IMG/VR virus record: IMGVR_UViG_3300013307_000003
Span: 8,530 to 72,529 of that record
Direction: 5' to 3' (one strand)
Length of the DNA stretch: 64,000 nt
Source of the DNA: a virus
The position numbers were made by a program, and so were the translations under genes. Of the stretch, positions 39,812 through 49,989 are shown piece after piece. The notes under the pieces are model-generated. The model ran no database searches and had not been told where the DNA came from. It saw only the letters and a list, made by a program, of their open reading frames with translations. Each line of letters starts with the position of its first letter. Positions within the stretch are counted from its first letter, which is position 1.

Positions 39812-41362
39812 GTGACCGGTAACGATCTTATAAACACGGCGACACCTGCCCCGTTTCAGTTGGAAACCGCGCTCGCCGCCTGGCAGTCGTTCGACTACTA
39901 CCACATGCGCCCGTACCCGATCCACGCGTTCGGGACGAGCCAGTGGCCGAGGGAAAAGGGGCCGCCGCCGACCCCATTGCCTTACGTGGGCATGATGGTC
40001 TCGGAACTCGCAGAGTTCACGTTCAGGAACGGCGTCCCGACATTCTCGGTTCCGGACGATCCCGACCTCGACGACTTCCTGCAGACGATCATCAAGCGCA
40101 ACGGACTGCCGAGCCAGTACATCCCGCTCGCGGAGGACGCAGGCAACCAGGGCGCGCTCGCGGCGAAGTTCATGGTCGATCCAAACGACAAGGCTTGCCC
40201 GGTCAAGATCAGTTTCCTGAAGATCCCGACCGAGTGCCGCGTCTGGATCGATCCGCACGACCGCCTGAACCTACTTATGGCGCGCATCCAGTACCCGTAC
40301 CGGAGCCTTGCCGACGGCAACTGGTACTACTACCGCGAGGAGTGGACAGACGAGAAGTTCGTCAAGTACGTGCCGCTGCCTGCAGGCGCATCCGACGTGA
40401 CAGGGATCGGGTCTCTGCCCGGCTACCGGACGCACCTTGGCGACACCGACGACCCAGGACGCTGGCAGATCGAGAGCGAGGAGGAGAACCCGCTCGGCGT
40501 CATCCCGATCACCGTCATTCGAAACAAGGCGGTTGCGGGAAACCCACTCGGAGAAGGCGACTGCTGGCGCGTGTTTCGTCTGATCGATCGTATCGCGCTC
40601 ACGCTCCACGGCGAAGATCGTGGCAACCAGATGCACAGCGAGCCGAACCTGGTCGTCACGAACGCGGATGTGGATAACGAAGGGCCGTTGCTGCCAGGTG
40701 AGCCACTGAGCATTCGGAACGATAATCCGGATGTCCGGGCCGACGCGAAACTCCTGGAGCCGTCCGGGGCGGCGCGCGCCTACAGCGGAGCGTATGCCGA
40801 CCGCATGGAGGATTTGCTGTACCGGGGTGTTGGGCTGTCGCGGGTTGACCCTGCCGCGATCACGAACAAAGGGAACATGACGAGCCTCGCGTTTGCGATG
40901 ACGTTTTCCCGGACGATCGCGACAGCGGATAGAAAGAGGGAGTTGTGGGGCGCAAGCGGATTATGTCTCTTCTTCCACCAGGTCCTGACCGCCCTGCAGA
41001 ACATGGGCGGATTTCCGCAGGTTCGGACGTGGGACCCGGAAATGGAAGTCTCGTGCGATTGGCCCACGTACTTCGCAGAGACGCCGAGGGATTTGCAGGC
41101 AACGACCGACCGGACGATAAGCCAGGTCAACAACCACCTCCTGCCGCACGCTCGCGGCGTCGAGCGGGTAGCGCGGGCGGAGAAGATCCCGCCGAACGAG
41201 ATCAAGACGGTTCAAGTAGAGGCGGAGACGCAGAGGCAGGAAACGGAAGCGAAGATCATCGCGATGCAAAATCAGGGGATGACGCCGACGGCAGCGGATG
41301 CTGCAGGCGAAGCGAGTTCGCTGCTTGTAGATGCGAGCCAGGGGAGTAACATCAGCGCGTGA
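39812..41362 (+). CDS. portal protein (SPP1 gp6-like)
   Basis: 516 aa directly after terL; ENPLGVIPI.VIRN..GEGD..LIDRI. Confidence 0.8.
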   Translation: MTGNDLINTATPAPFQLETALAAWQSFDYYHMRPYPIHAFGTSQWPREKGPPPTPLPYVGMMVSELAEFTFRNGVPTFSVPDDPDLDDFLQTIIKRNGLPSQYIPLAEDAGNQGALAAKFMVDPNDKACPVKISFLKIPTECRVWIDPHDRLNLLMARIQYPYRSLADGNWYYYREEWTDEKFVKYVPLPAGASDVTGIGSLPGYRTHLGDTDDPGRWQIESEEENPLGVIPITVIRNKAVAGNPLGEGDCWRVFRLIDRIALTLHGEDRGNQMHSEPNLVVTNADVDNEGPLLPGEPLSIRNDNPDVRADAKLLEPSGAARAYSGAYADRMEDLLYRGVGLSRVDPAAITNKGNMTSLAFAMTFSRTIATADRKRELWGASGLCLFFHQVLTALQNMGGFPQVRTWDPEMEVSCDWPTYFAETPRDLQATTDRTISQVNNHLLPHARGVERVARAEKIPPNEIKTVQVEAETQRQETEAKIIAMQNQGMTPTAADAAGEASSLLVDASQGSNISA

Positions 41363-41385
41363 GCCGTGTAGGAGGCGGCGGAACG

Positions 41386-42096
41386 ATGGCTTTACCAGAG
41401 ATTTCGCAGGAATTGAGGGGCGACAAACGAGTACGCCTCAAACAGAAATTGCAAGAGTGCACCAAGATGTCTCAGCACGAGGGATACGGACAGTACGGCA
41501 CAGATAGTCCGATTGTTCGGCGCTTTGTGAAGTACAGCGAGCAGGTTGCGACGCTTGTACAGTGGATAGACATATTCGAGGTGATTAAGGCTGTAGACGC
41601 ACTCTACGGAGCCTGGCAAAACAACAAAGTCGTCATGTTCTGCGGCAACGGCGGTAGCGGGTCATCATGTTCCCACATCGTTAATGATCTGCAAAAGAAT
41701 ATCGGCCTAGAGACCGGCAAGCCGCTGAAGGCGATCTGTCTGAACGACGCTACGCCGCTTGTGAGCGCATGGGCCAACGACAGCGCATGGTCGAACGTCT
41801 TTGCCCCGCAAGTGGCAACGTGGAACGAATGCGGGGCGGTCCTGGTGGCCGTGTCGGGGAGCGGGAACAGCGCGAATGTTCTCAACGCCGTACATGTCGC
41901 GAGTGAGAGTGAATGTGTGACGACGATCGGACTTTCAGGCTTCGACGGCGGCGTGCTGGCGAAGACGGTTGACATCTCGATCCACGTTCCCACCGAGAGT
42001 ATGCAGCAAGCGGAAGACGTTCACATGGTGATCCTTCACATGCTGTTTCTCGGGCTGATGGAGAGGATCAAGAGCCGAATAGGAGGCGGCGACTGA
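41386..42096 (+). CDS. gmhA: SIS-domain phosphoheptose isomerase-like protein
   Basis: CGNGGS..SH..DL, AWAND..VF..Q, SGSGNSANV, GFDGG, QAEDVH. Confidence 0.8.
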   Translation: MALPEISQELRGDKRVRLKQKLQECTKMSQHEGYGQYGTDSPIVRRFVKYSEQVATLVQWIDIFEVIKAVDALYGAWQNNKVVMFCGNGGSGSSCSHIVNDLQKNIGLETGKPLKAICLNDATPLVSAWANDSAWSNVFAPQVATWNECGAVLVAVSGSGNSANVLNAVHVASESECVTTIGLSGFDGGVLAKTVDISIHVPTESMQQAEDVHMVILHMLFLGLMERIKSRIGGGD

Positions 42097-42287
42097 TGAG
42101 AAAACCAAGTACGAACGACAGATTGTCAGAATTGGAGCGTGAAGTCGAACGACTTTCCAAACTGGTTGAAGGAGTGGTCGGCGTAACTATCACGAGGGAG
42201 CGCTACACTCAGTTACTTGAGATGGAGACGTTATTCCCAATACTGTTGACGGAAGCCCGTCTGCAGAAAGTCGAGACGGGACGATGA
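42096..42287 (+). CDS. small coiled-coil hypothetical protein
   Basis: AGGAGG RBS, coupled. Confidence 0.55.
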   Translation: MRKPSTNDRLSELEREVERLSKLVEGVVGVTITRERYTQLLEMETLFPILLTEARLQKVETGR

Positions 42288-42832
42288 GCGAGACAGACAG
42301 GCATCGTCATCTTGTGACCGAGTACGTTCAAGGGAACGGCGTCGATCTTGGCAGCGACGGGTCTCCAATCGCGCCGTGGGCGATCCAACTCGATCTCCCC
42401 GACGAGCAGTTCAAGTCGTATAACCCGAACCGCGAGCGTGGGGACATCCACTATCAGGGAGACGCGACCGACCTCCCGTTCAAAGATCACACGCTCGACT
42501 TCGTGCACGCGAGCCACCTCCTCGAAGACTTTTCGGACTGGGGGCCAGTCCTGCGCGAGTGGGATCGTGTGCTGAAACCGGGCGGGTACATGTTGATTGC
42601 GGTCCCGGACCGGCTGCGGTTCCGTCGGAATGTCCTGCGCGGTTTGGAGGCGAACCCGCCGTACGATTGCGACAACGGCAACCACCGCCACGAGAGCCAC
42701 GTCGGGGAACTGACCGCCTATCTCCATACCTACGAGGCGATCCGCGACGACTTCGTAGATGACAACCCGGACTGCTACAGTATCCTGTACATCGGCAGAA
42801 AGCCGGTCCCGGAACCGCAGGTGCCAGGATGA
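42284..42832 (+). CDS. class I SAM methyltransferase (Methyltransf_11-like)
   Basis: VDLGSDG, GDATDLPF, SHLLED, RVLKPGG. Confidence 0.8.
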   Translation: MSETDRHRHLVTEYVQGNGVDLGSDGSPIAPWAIQLDLPDEQFKSYNPNRERGDIHYQGDATDLPFKDHTLDFVHASHLLEDFSDWGPVLREWDRVLKPGGYMLIAVPDRLRFRRNVLRGLEANPPYDCDNGNHRHESHVGELTAYLHTYEAIRDDFVDDNPDCYSILYIGRKPVPEPQVPG

Positions 42833-43590
42833 GGAGAAAAGCAGCGCCAATAGCCGAAGACCCGCGTACACCGATCATCCCATGCGCACACAATCTGGGT
42901 CCGTGCAGCGTGCAGGACTATCAAATCTGCACGCTGTGTGGGACGTACGTCAGCATGGCTCCAGTGGACCCTGCGGCGATCTACGAGCGTGACTACTGGA
43001 CGCACGAGAATGGGCGATCCACGATCTCTGAGCAGAGTTTCAACGTAGACAATCACCGCGAGTGCGGCGTCACGAAGAACGAATACGTGATGGGGCAGAT
43101 CGAGGGAGCGGGCGGAGGTGCGCTTGAAATCGCCTGCGCGCCTGGCAACCTCCTTCGCAGGCTTCACGATGCCGGATTTACGCCCGTCTTCGGGATCGAC
43201 GTTGATCGCTCGTACCGCGAGTACATCCAGGAAACGGCGGGGCCGGAAGCGCACTTAATGTTCGGGTACTTCCCGGAGGTTACGGCGCGGATCAATCCCG
43301 GCTCGTTTTCTCTGATCGTCGCGCTCGACCTCTTTGAGCACATTCACGATCCCGGTCCGTTCCTGACCGAATGCAAACGGCTGCTGAAGGATGGCGGGCA
43401 GTTGCTGCTCATGCTTCCGATGGTTAATCCGCCCGAGGATGTCAGTGAGCGCTTCTTCTGCCCTGCGGAGCATGTTTTTGTTCACAGCGTGAAGCACGTG
43501 ACTATGATGCTCGAATGGGCGGGTTTCGAGAGTGTCAAGTTCGGACGATGGACGAGTGGGCACGAATCTGTGTCGGCGAGGGTGGCATGA
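42829..43590 (+). CDS. class I SAM methyltransferase (Methyltransf_23-like, N-terminal CxxC)
   Basis: LEIACAPG, DLFEHIHDP, LLKDGG. Confidence 0.8.
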   Translation: MRRKAAPIAEDPRTPIIPCAHNLGPCSVQDYQICTLCGTYVSMAPVDPAAIYERDYWTHENGRSTISEQSFNVDNHRECGVTKNEYVMGQIEGAGGGALEIACAPGNLLRRLHDAGFTPVFGIDVDRSYREYIQETAGPEAHLMFGYFPEVTARINPGSFSLIVALDLFEHIHDPGPFLTECKRLLKDGGQLLLMLPMVNPPEDVSERFFCPAEHVFVHSVKHVTMMLEWAGFESVKFGRWTSGHESVSARVA

Positions 43591-43958
43591 ACGAGATTAT
43601 CCCTCGCTTGTGTCTCGGTGATTGGATGGCTGCTCGCGACAGCCACAGCGACTTTCACGTGGTCACTGTTGCTGTTGATTCGCCCTTCATAGGGGATGAA
43701 CATTTCAAACTCGTAGACGGTCCAGGTAATTCGCGCCTTGAATTCGACAAGGCAGTGTGTTCAGTAGCAGAGGCTTACAACCAAGGCAAAAGCGTATTGG
43801 TTCACTGCGTTGCAGGACAGAGCCGATCGGCAGCGGTCGTCGTTTCCGCACTCATGGCGCTTCAGGACTTGGATTGGTGTCAGGCATACAACCTCGTGAT
43901 TAAACAGAAGCCTAATGTCCGCATACATCCGGCTTTTGCGGAGTTTTTGCGAACATGA
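43587..43958 (+). CDS. dual-specificity (CX5R) phosphatase
   Basis: VLVHCVAGQSRSAAVV. Confidence 0.85.
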   Translation: MNEIIPRLCLGDWMAARDSHSDFHVVTVAVDSPFIGDEHFKLVDGPGNSRLEFDKAVCSVAEAYNQGKSVLVHCVAGQSRSAAVVVSALMALQDLDWCQAYNLVIKQKPNVRIHPAFAEFLRT

Positions 43959-44662
43959 ACGCACAAGTCGTTACCGTAGCAAGCCGGGTTCCCGCAGAGC
44001 CGTACTATCGGTTCGACCTATTCATCGAAAGCCTCGCGCGTTTCGCTGAGACGCCGACGGTCCTCGGAATGAACGGCACGTGGCAAGGATTGATGACGAA
44101 GCCCTACCTTCTTCGCGAATGGCTGCGGAACGGGCACAACACGAGCGACCGACTGATCGTCTGTGACGCCTACGACATCATCTTCGCGATGCATCCGCAC
44201 GGGATCGGCGACCGGTGCGCCGAGTGGTTCGGGGATGCAGTGGTGTTTAACGGTGAAAAGGGCTGTTGGCCGCGCGAAGACCTGCGCGACTGCTTCCCGG
44301 ACAATGGTTCGCCGTGGAGGTTTTTGAATTCCGGCTTCATGTGCGGTCCGGCAAGCCAAATCCTCGCGCTTCTGAACGCGATGGACATCGAAAGCATCGG
44401 TTTTGACCCGCCAGGCGGTCCCTATCCTAACGATCAGGGTGAATATCAGTCGCTTTTTGCCAAACAACCGGTCGAAATGGTCGTTGACACGCAGTGCAGA
44501 CTCGCGCAGACGCTCTCGGCGTGCGATTTGAGCGAGTTTGACCTCTCGGGAGACGAAATCACGAACAAAATCACGGGTTCGGCCCCTGGCGTCTTCCACT
44601 TCAACGGCGGCGCGAAGGAGATTTGCGGTCCCGCGTTCTACGGAAGGCTCGCACTTGGTTAA
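43955..44662 (+). CDS. PLOD/LH3-type GT-A glycosyltransferase 1
   Basis: CDAYD, FNGEKGCWP, RFLNSG, NDQ, VDTQCRLAQTL, HFNG parallel the procollagen lysyl hydroxylase GT domain. Confidence 0.75.
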   Translation: MNAQVVTVASRVPAEPYYRFDLFIESLARFAETPTVLGMNGTWQGLMTKPYLLREWLRNGHNTSDRLIVCDAYDIIFAMHPHGIGDRCAEWFGDAVVFNGEKGCWPREDLRDCFPDNGSPWRFLNSGFMCGPASQILALLNAMDIESIGFDPPGGPYPNDQGEYQSLFAKQPVEMVVDTQCRLAQTLSACDLSEFDLSGDEITNKITGSAPGVFHFNGGAKEICGPAFYGRLALG

Positions 44663-45383
44663 ATCGGTGCAAGTTGTGTCGGTTTCGAGCCGCGTGCCAA
44701 CGGAGCCGTACTATCGTTTCTCGACCTACCTCGAAAGCCTGAAGCGCTTCCAGTTCAAGCCTGTGATTTTAGGGATGAACGAGCCGTGGGGCGGTTTGAT
44801 TACCAAGCCGAACCTGCTGCGCAACTGGCTGCGGGCTGGAAAGAACAAAGCGGATCGGATTATTGTGTGCGACGCCTGGGACATCGTGTTCTGCGAGCAC
44901 CCGCAGTCGATCGACGAGCGCGCCGCGTCTCTCTACGGCGATGCGATCGTGTTCAACGCAGAAAAAGCGTGCTGGCCGCGCACTGATCTTGCCGACCACT
45001 TCCCGGATACCGGGTCGCCGTGGCGGTTCTTGAACAACGGCTTCTTTTGTGGCCCGGCCGAGAAGATGCTCGCGTGCCTAGAGTGGCAGAACCTCGATGC
45101 GCTCGGTTTTGACCGGCGAAACGCAGACGATACCGGATGGATCTACCCCGACGACCAGGAACAGAGCCAGATCGCCTATATCGCGCAGCCGGTCGATATG
45201 GTCGTCGATACCGCGTGCGAGCTGGCGCAGTGCCTGAGCGCGTCGTTCGTGAAAGAGTTCGATACGCGAGGCGAACGTATTCGTAACCGGATCACCGGGA
45301 CGACACCCGGTGTTTTTCACTTTAATGGCGGGTCTAAGGACAAGCTCATGCCGAAGTTTCTGAAGAAATGGGGACTGTCGTAA
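44655..45383 (+). CDS. PLOD/LH3-type GT-A glycosyltransferase 2 (tandem paralogue)
   Basis: CDAWD, FNAEKACWP, RFLNNG, DDQ, HFNG; colinear with previous gene. Confidence 0.75.
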   Translation: MVKSVQVVSVSSRVPTEPYYRFSTYLESLKRFQFKPVILGMNEPWGGLITKPNLLRNWLRAGKNKADRIIVCDAWDIVFCEHPQSIDERAASLYGDAIVFNAEKACWPRTDLADHFPDTGSPWRFLNNGFFCGPAEKMLACLEWQNLDALGFDRRNADDTGWIYPDDQEQSQIAYIAQPVDMVVDTACELAQCLSASFVKEFDTRGERIRNRITGTTPGVFHFNGGSKDKLMPKFLKKWGLS

Positions 45384-45384
45384 A

Positions 45385-45915
45385 TTGGACCTACTTGAGA
45401 CGACGAAATCAATAGGGATTGAAGGGTTCCTCCATCCGAGCGAGATGGACAAGCTCGCGGAACTGGCTGCAAACCGCGACGTGCTCGAAATCGGCTCGTT
45501 CAAGGGGCTGTCGGCGTTCTGCATGGCGATCACCGCGAAATCGCTGATGTGCTGCGACACGTTTTCGGCCAATTCCGCCGGGCAGGAACAGATGGAGAGC
45601 GTTCAGACGCTCGACGACTTCCGGACGGCCACGGCGCGGTTCCTGAACGTCGAATACCGCCTCTATTCGAGCGAGACGGCGGCGGGATGCCTGACCGACG
45701 ACTACGATATGATCTTCCTCGATGCGATGCACACGTACGAGGATGTGGTCGCCGACATCGCGAGGTGGTGGCCGCGAGTGAGGCCCTGCGGCGTGATCGT
45801 CTTCCACGACTACGGCCACGATCACTTTCAGGGCGTGAAGCGGGCGGTCGATGAAGTTTTCGGCCCCGCACCCGAAGGGACGACGGTCGTCACGCTCCGA
45901 TGGGTCCACAAGTGA
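45385..45915 (+). CDS. class I SAM methyltransferase (Methyltransf_24-like)
   Basis: LEIGSFKGLS, IFLDAMHTYE.V..D, G.IVFHDY. Confidence 0.8.
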   Translation: MDLLETTKSIGIEGFLHPSEMDKLAELAANRDVLEIGSFKGLSAFCMAITAKSLMCCDTFSANSAGQEQMESVQTLDDFRTATARFLNVEYRLYSSETAAGCLTDDYDMIFLDAMHTYEDVVADIARWWPRVRPCGVIVFHDYGHDHFQGVKRAVDEVFGPAPEGTTVVTLRWVHK

Positions 45916-47414
45916 ATAAGCCGACAATCTGTCTCATCACTCCCCCGAGCGTCTTCCTCTTAGACGCTCGGGTTTTTGTTGCGCTCGGCATACTCCGGGT
46001 CGGGGCGGTTCTGGAGGCAGACGGATACACCGTCGAGCATTTGGACCTAAATGGTGTCGAGAACTACGAGGAGGCCGTTCGGGACCACGCGAGCCGCACG
46101 AACGCGACGGTGTTCGGTTTGACCGCGACGACCCCGCAGATGCCCGCCACAGCCAAGATTGCAGCGGTTCTGAGAGAAACACGGCCGGATGCGAAGGTGA
46201 TCCTCGGCGGTCCGCACGTCACGCTCGTAAATGCAGCACGGAAGCGAGAGGTGAAGCATGAGATCACGGGGCGCGCGGTTCGTGCGTTTGACGTTCTGGC
46301 AGAAATGTTCGATGTGCTGGTGGCAGGTGACGGCGAAGATAGCATCTTTCATGCACTCATGCCGGATGCGCCGAAGTTAATCGACGGCGACGATGCCGCG
46401 AGCAGATTGTTCCTGACGAACGACCGGCTCAACGAACTCCCGCTCCCGGCGCGTCACCTCGTGGACATGGAGAGCTATCATTACGCGATCGAGAGCCACC
46501 GCGCAACGTCGCTGATCGGACAGCTCGGATGCCCGTACATGTGCGCCTTTTGTGGGGGCCGCAACTCCCCGATGCTGCGACGCATCCGCACCCGCTCGAC
46601 CGAGAATGTGGTCGCGGAAGTGCGGCACCTCTACGAGCGGTACGGCGTTACCGGCTTCATGTTCTACGACGACGAACTCAACGTCAGCAAGAGCATGGTC
46701 GAACTGATGGACGCGATTGCGGCACTGCAGGCGGAATTGGGCGTCGAGTTTCGGCTTCGCGGCTTCGTCAAGAGTAACCTCTTCACCGACGAGCAAGCGC
46801 GAGCGATGGTCCGCGCCGGGTTCCGGTGGATACTGATCGGCTTCGAGAGCGGTAGTCCGCGCATCCTGGAGAACATCCAGAAGAAGGCGACGCGCGAGCA
46901 GAACAGCGAGTGCATGGCGATTGCGAGGCGGCACGGGCTGAAGGTGAAAGCCCTAATGTCCATCGGGCACGCCGGGGAGAGCGCCGAGACGATCGGAGCG
47001 ACGAAGCAGTGGCTTCTGCAAGAGCGGCCCGACGATTTTGATTGCACGGTGATCAGCACCTATCCAGGAACGCCGTATTACGATGAGGCGACTGAGACCG
47101 CTCCGGGAACATGGACGTACACCGCGCCGAAGTCCGGCGACCGTCTCCACGCCTACGAGGTCGATTTTAACCGCGTGGCGGAGTACTACAAAGGCGTGCC
47201 TGGCGATTACGTGTCCTACGTCTTCACCGATCATCTGAGCGCTGAGCGGATCGTGGAGTTGCGCGACGCGCTGGAGGCGGAAGTGCGGGCGGCGCTCGGA
47301 ATTCCGTACAACGCGGGCGGCGTCGGGCTTTCGTACGAGCACAGCATGGGTCAGTCGGGGCCGCTGCCGCCGAACATCTTGAGGACAACCGAGAGGCAGT
47401 TGGTGAACGCTTGA
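45912..47414 (+). CDS. cobalamin-binding radical SAM enzyme
   Basis: B12 domain (ILGGPHVT, GDGE), GCPYMCAFC CxxxCxxC motif, FYDDE, GFESGS. Confidence 0.88.
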   Translation: MNKPTICLITPPSVFLLDARVFVALGILRVGAVLEADGYTVEHLDLNGVENYEEAVRDHASRTNATVFGLTATTPQMPATAKIAAVLRETRPDAKVILGGPHVTLVNAARKREVKHEITGRAVRAFDVLAEMFDVLVAGDGEDSIFHALMPDAPKLIDGDDAASRLFLTNDRLNELPLPARHLVDMESYHYAIESHRATSLIGQLGCPYMCAFCGGRNSPMLRRIRTRSTENVVAEVRHLYERYGVTGFMFYDDELNVSKSMVELMDAIAALQAELGVEFRLRGFVKSNLFTDEQARAMVRAGFRWILIGFESGSPRILENIQKKATREQNSECMAIARRHGLKVKALMSIGHAGESAETIGATKQWLLQERPDDFDCTVISTYPGTPYYDEATETAPGTWTYTAPKSGDRLHAYEVDFNRVAEYYKGVPGDYVSYVFTDHLSAERIVELRDALEAEVRAALGIPYNAGGVGLSYEHSMGQSGPLPPNILRTTERQLVNA

Positions 47415-48442
47415 AGATCGCACTCTACCTCTCGACACTCGGCGGGAGCCCGCTGCAAGTCGGTCTCTTCCGGGGCCTGCAAGAACTCGGCCACGAAGTC
47501 ACGTACTTCAATCCCGGCAATGGTTACGATCTTGTCCTGATTTTTAATCAGACCGCCCACACCCGCGAATACATCTACCCGACGTTCCCGGACGATAGCG
47601 TGCCGATCGCATTCGTCGATTGTGCTGAGTACGGGTACTACAAGCGGCTCCCGAACATCATCCGGCACTACGCGAACGCTTTTGCGCCGGGAAGCATGAG
47701 CCACGACACGAAGGATTGCGGTGAGCAGGAGAAACTGAGGCGGTTCTTGCAGGGCAAGTCGTTCCCCTACTTCCTGCGCGAGCACAGCAAGTACATCGAG
47801 TTTCCGAGCGAGTACCATCCGATCGACTACCCGCTCTACGCATTCTCGGTCTGTCACGATCGCCCTGACCGCGAGGAGTACTTACGCCGCGAGCAGGATT
47901 TGTTCGTAAGCTGGGGCGCATCGCACCCGTGGCGGATGCACATCACGGACGCGCTGCGTGGGTGTCACGTAAAATCGGAAATCCGCGTCCTGAATGACCA
48001 GGCAGGCGAGCAGGTTCCGAGGATGCCGCAAGACGAGTTCTTCAGCCGCACGCGATCCGCGAAGGCAAGCGTTTCCTTCGACGGCTACGGTTCCGGTTCG
48101 TTTCGGATGACCGAGGTTCTCGTGCGAACGCTCCTCCTGCAAGGGCCGCTGTCGATTCGCACGCGCGCGCCCTTAGAAGATGGTGTGACGTGCGTCGCCT
48201 ACGATGTCGAGAGCGACGGTGAGGAGTTCCTCGGGACGGATGTTTGCCAGAAGCTGCACTCCGCACTTGCCGACCCAGACCGGTCGTTTGCGATCTACGA
48301 ACGCGGCTACGACCACTGCATGACGCATTTGACCGAGCGCGCGACGGCGCAGTATGTGCTGGATACCGTGGCGGCGCACGATTGGAGTAAGCCGACCGAA
48401 CTCGATTTAGGGTTGTTTCGAGAACAGGATGAGGTTGGGTGA
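47411..48442 (+). CDS. GT-B glycosyltransferase-like protein
   Basis: GLQELGHEV N-terminus; SFDGYG.GSFRMTE and IYERGY..HLT C-terminal pattern. Confidence 0.55.
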   Translation: MKIALYLSTLGGSPLQVGLFRGLQELGHEVTYFNPGNGYDLVLIFNQTAHTREYIYPTFPDDSVPIAFVDCAEYGYYKRLPNIIRHYANAFAPGSMSHDTKDCGEQEKLRRFLQGKSFPYFLREHSKYIEFPSEYHPIDYPLYAFSVCHDRPDREEYLRREQDLFVSWGASHPWRMHITDALRGCHVKSEIRVLNDQAGEQVPRMPQDEFFSRTRSAKASVSFDGYGSGSFRMTEVLVRTLLLQGPLSIRTRAPLEDGVTCVAYDVESDGEEFLGTDVCQKLHSALADPDRSFAIYERGYDHCMTHLTERATAQYVLDTVAAHDWSKPTELDLGLFREQDEVG

Positions 48443-49885
48443 AGAAGCCAAAACTCTGGGACATCGTGCAGATCGATTGGCTCGACAGTATGCACGTCGG
48501 CGGATGGCAGCACTTCACGGATGTAATATGGCACGAGAACGCCGAACACATGAAGCACAGTACCGTTGGATTTCTAGCGAAGCAGTGCAAGGACAGCGTG
48601 ACCGTCGTTCAGTCCCTGACTGAACGTTGGACAGACAAGCACCCAATGAACATCGATGCGCTCATGTGCATTCCGAGATGTTCGATCACAAGCATCACGG
48701 TTCTGGCGCGAAAGAGAAAATAATTATGGCGACAAAGAAAGCACACCCCGGTTTCGCGAAAGCGGCGGGGCAGATTGAGAAAGGTGAGGGCGTCAGCAAA
48801 GAGCGCGCTGACGCGATACTCGCGGCGGCGAGTCGCTCGGCTTCCGCGAAAGCGAAGGCCGCTAATCCAAAACTGAAAAAGGTTGTCAAAAAGAAGCCGT
48901 GACCATGAAGACTTGCCAGATCGTTATGGAAGCCGTTCCTGACCCTTTGCGGGCAAACGTGCATCATCACATTCCTGTCCGCGTTGAAGGCGACATGCGA
49001 GCACCTATCGCCATTTCATATTACGCGTTAAGGCACATCTCGCTAGATTGTAAAGCGTTTCCGAAGAAGATCGGCATGATGGGCCTTGACTGGCGACTTC
49101 TGGAAGAGCGAATGGCGTACGCAGACGCTCTTTACATGTGCGTTACGCCGTGGCCGTTTCGGTGGATGTTTCATAAGTCAGCGCTAATCGTCGAAAACGC
49201 GTGGCGATGGTTTTTCATGCGCATCATCCTGACACTTCACGTATGGGGGTTGGCCGATGTGCCAGCCTACGAAATACCTTCGTGGCGACATATCGGCACG
49301 AACCAAATCAGAAAGGTCAAACAACTATGGCAATCACAGACGGAGCTAACCGCAATCCGAACGCGGCGACTGCGGGGCAACCTACGGGCACTCTGGAGGC
49401 GGGCACGCAGGCGGCGCTAAGAAACAGGGGGGGCGTGGCCGGGGCAGGTGATGCTCCAGCCGGGCCGAGCAAGACGGGACCGCAGGACGCCGGGACTGCG
49501 GCGGCGATGAAAGCGCAGAAGTAAGAGCGCCGGATTGGGAGGGCGCATGAGTAAGACCCACGACATCGACGAAGCGTACCGCATCCTTCGCGGGATGTAC
49601 ATGCACAGAATGGAGCAAATCTTGAGCCTATTAACGGATGCCCTCGACAGGCTGGACAAAGATATTCCAGCACTCAACAAGGTCGTTAGCGACCTGGAAG
49701 CCAAGTCGGTCGCAGATGATGCGACAATCGCCGACCTGCAGGCACAGATCGCCGCTGGCGAGAGTGCAGACGCCGATCGGCTGAACGCGCAGGTCGATGC
49801 TCTTGAGGCGCTTATCCCGCCTGCACCCGCACCGGCCCCGGCACCTGAAAACCCTCCACCAGCGGACGAAGCGCCGCCAGTTTAA
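48439..49885 (+). other. small late genes (48439-48723, 48726-48902 basic Ala/Lys-rich, 48899-49420, 49327-49524, 49547-49885 coiled coil)
   Basis: RBSs and coupling; no assignable function. Confidence 0.55.
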
Positions 49886-49989
49886 CGAAGAAGAAGCGCA
49901 CCAGGAAAATAGCGCCGACCATGCAGGCGCGAAACGCATGAGACGAAGCCTCCCCGAGGCTCTAAAACGGGAGAAGGGTTGCAACGAAT

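Noticed and set aside
39197-40258. Long antisense or alternative-frame ORFs (also 50610-51629, 54644-55645, 51041-51958)
   Set aside because: Shadow frames of GC-rich genes, with no motifs or RBS
41386-48442. Captured host LPS/O-antigen locus marking a prophage boundary
   Set aside because: Flanked by portal and scaffold, coupled into the late operon, and lacks flippase, polymerase or housekeeping genes
2886-49970. Recurring CTCTAAAA in three structured regions
   Set aside because: Short motif with differing contexts; cannot be separated from chance
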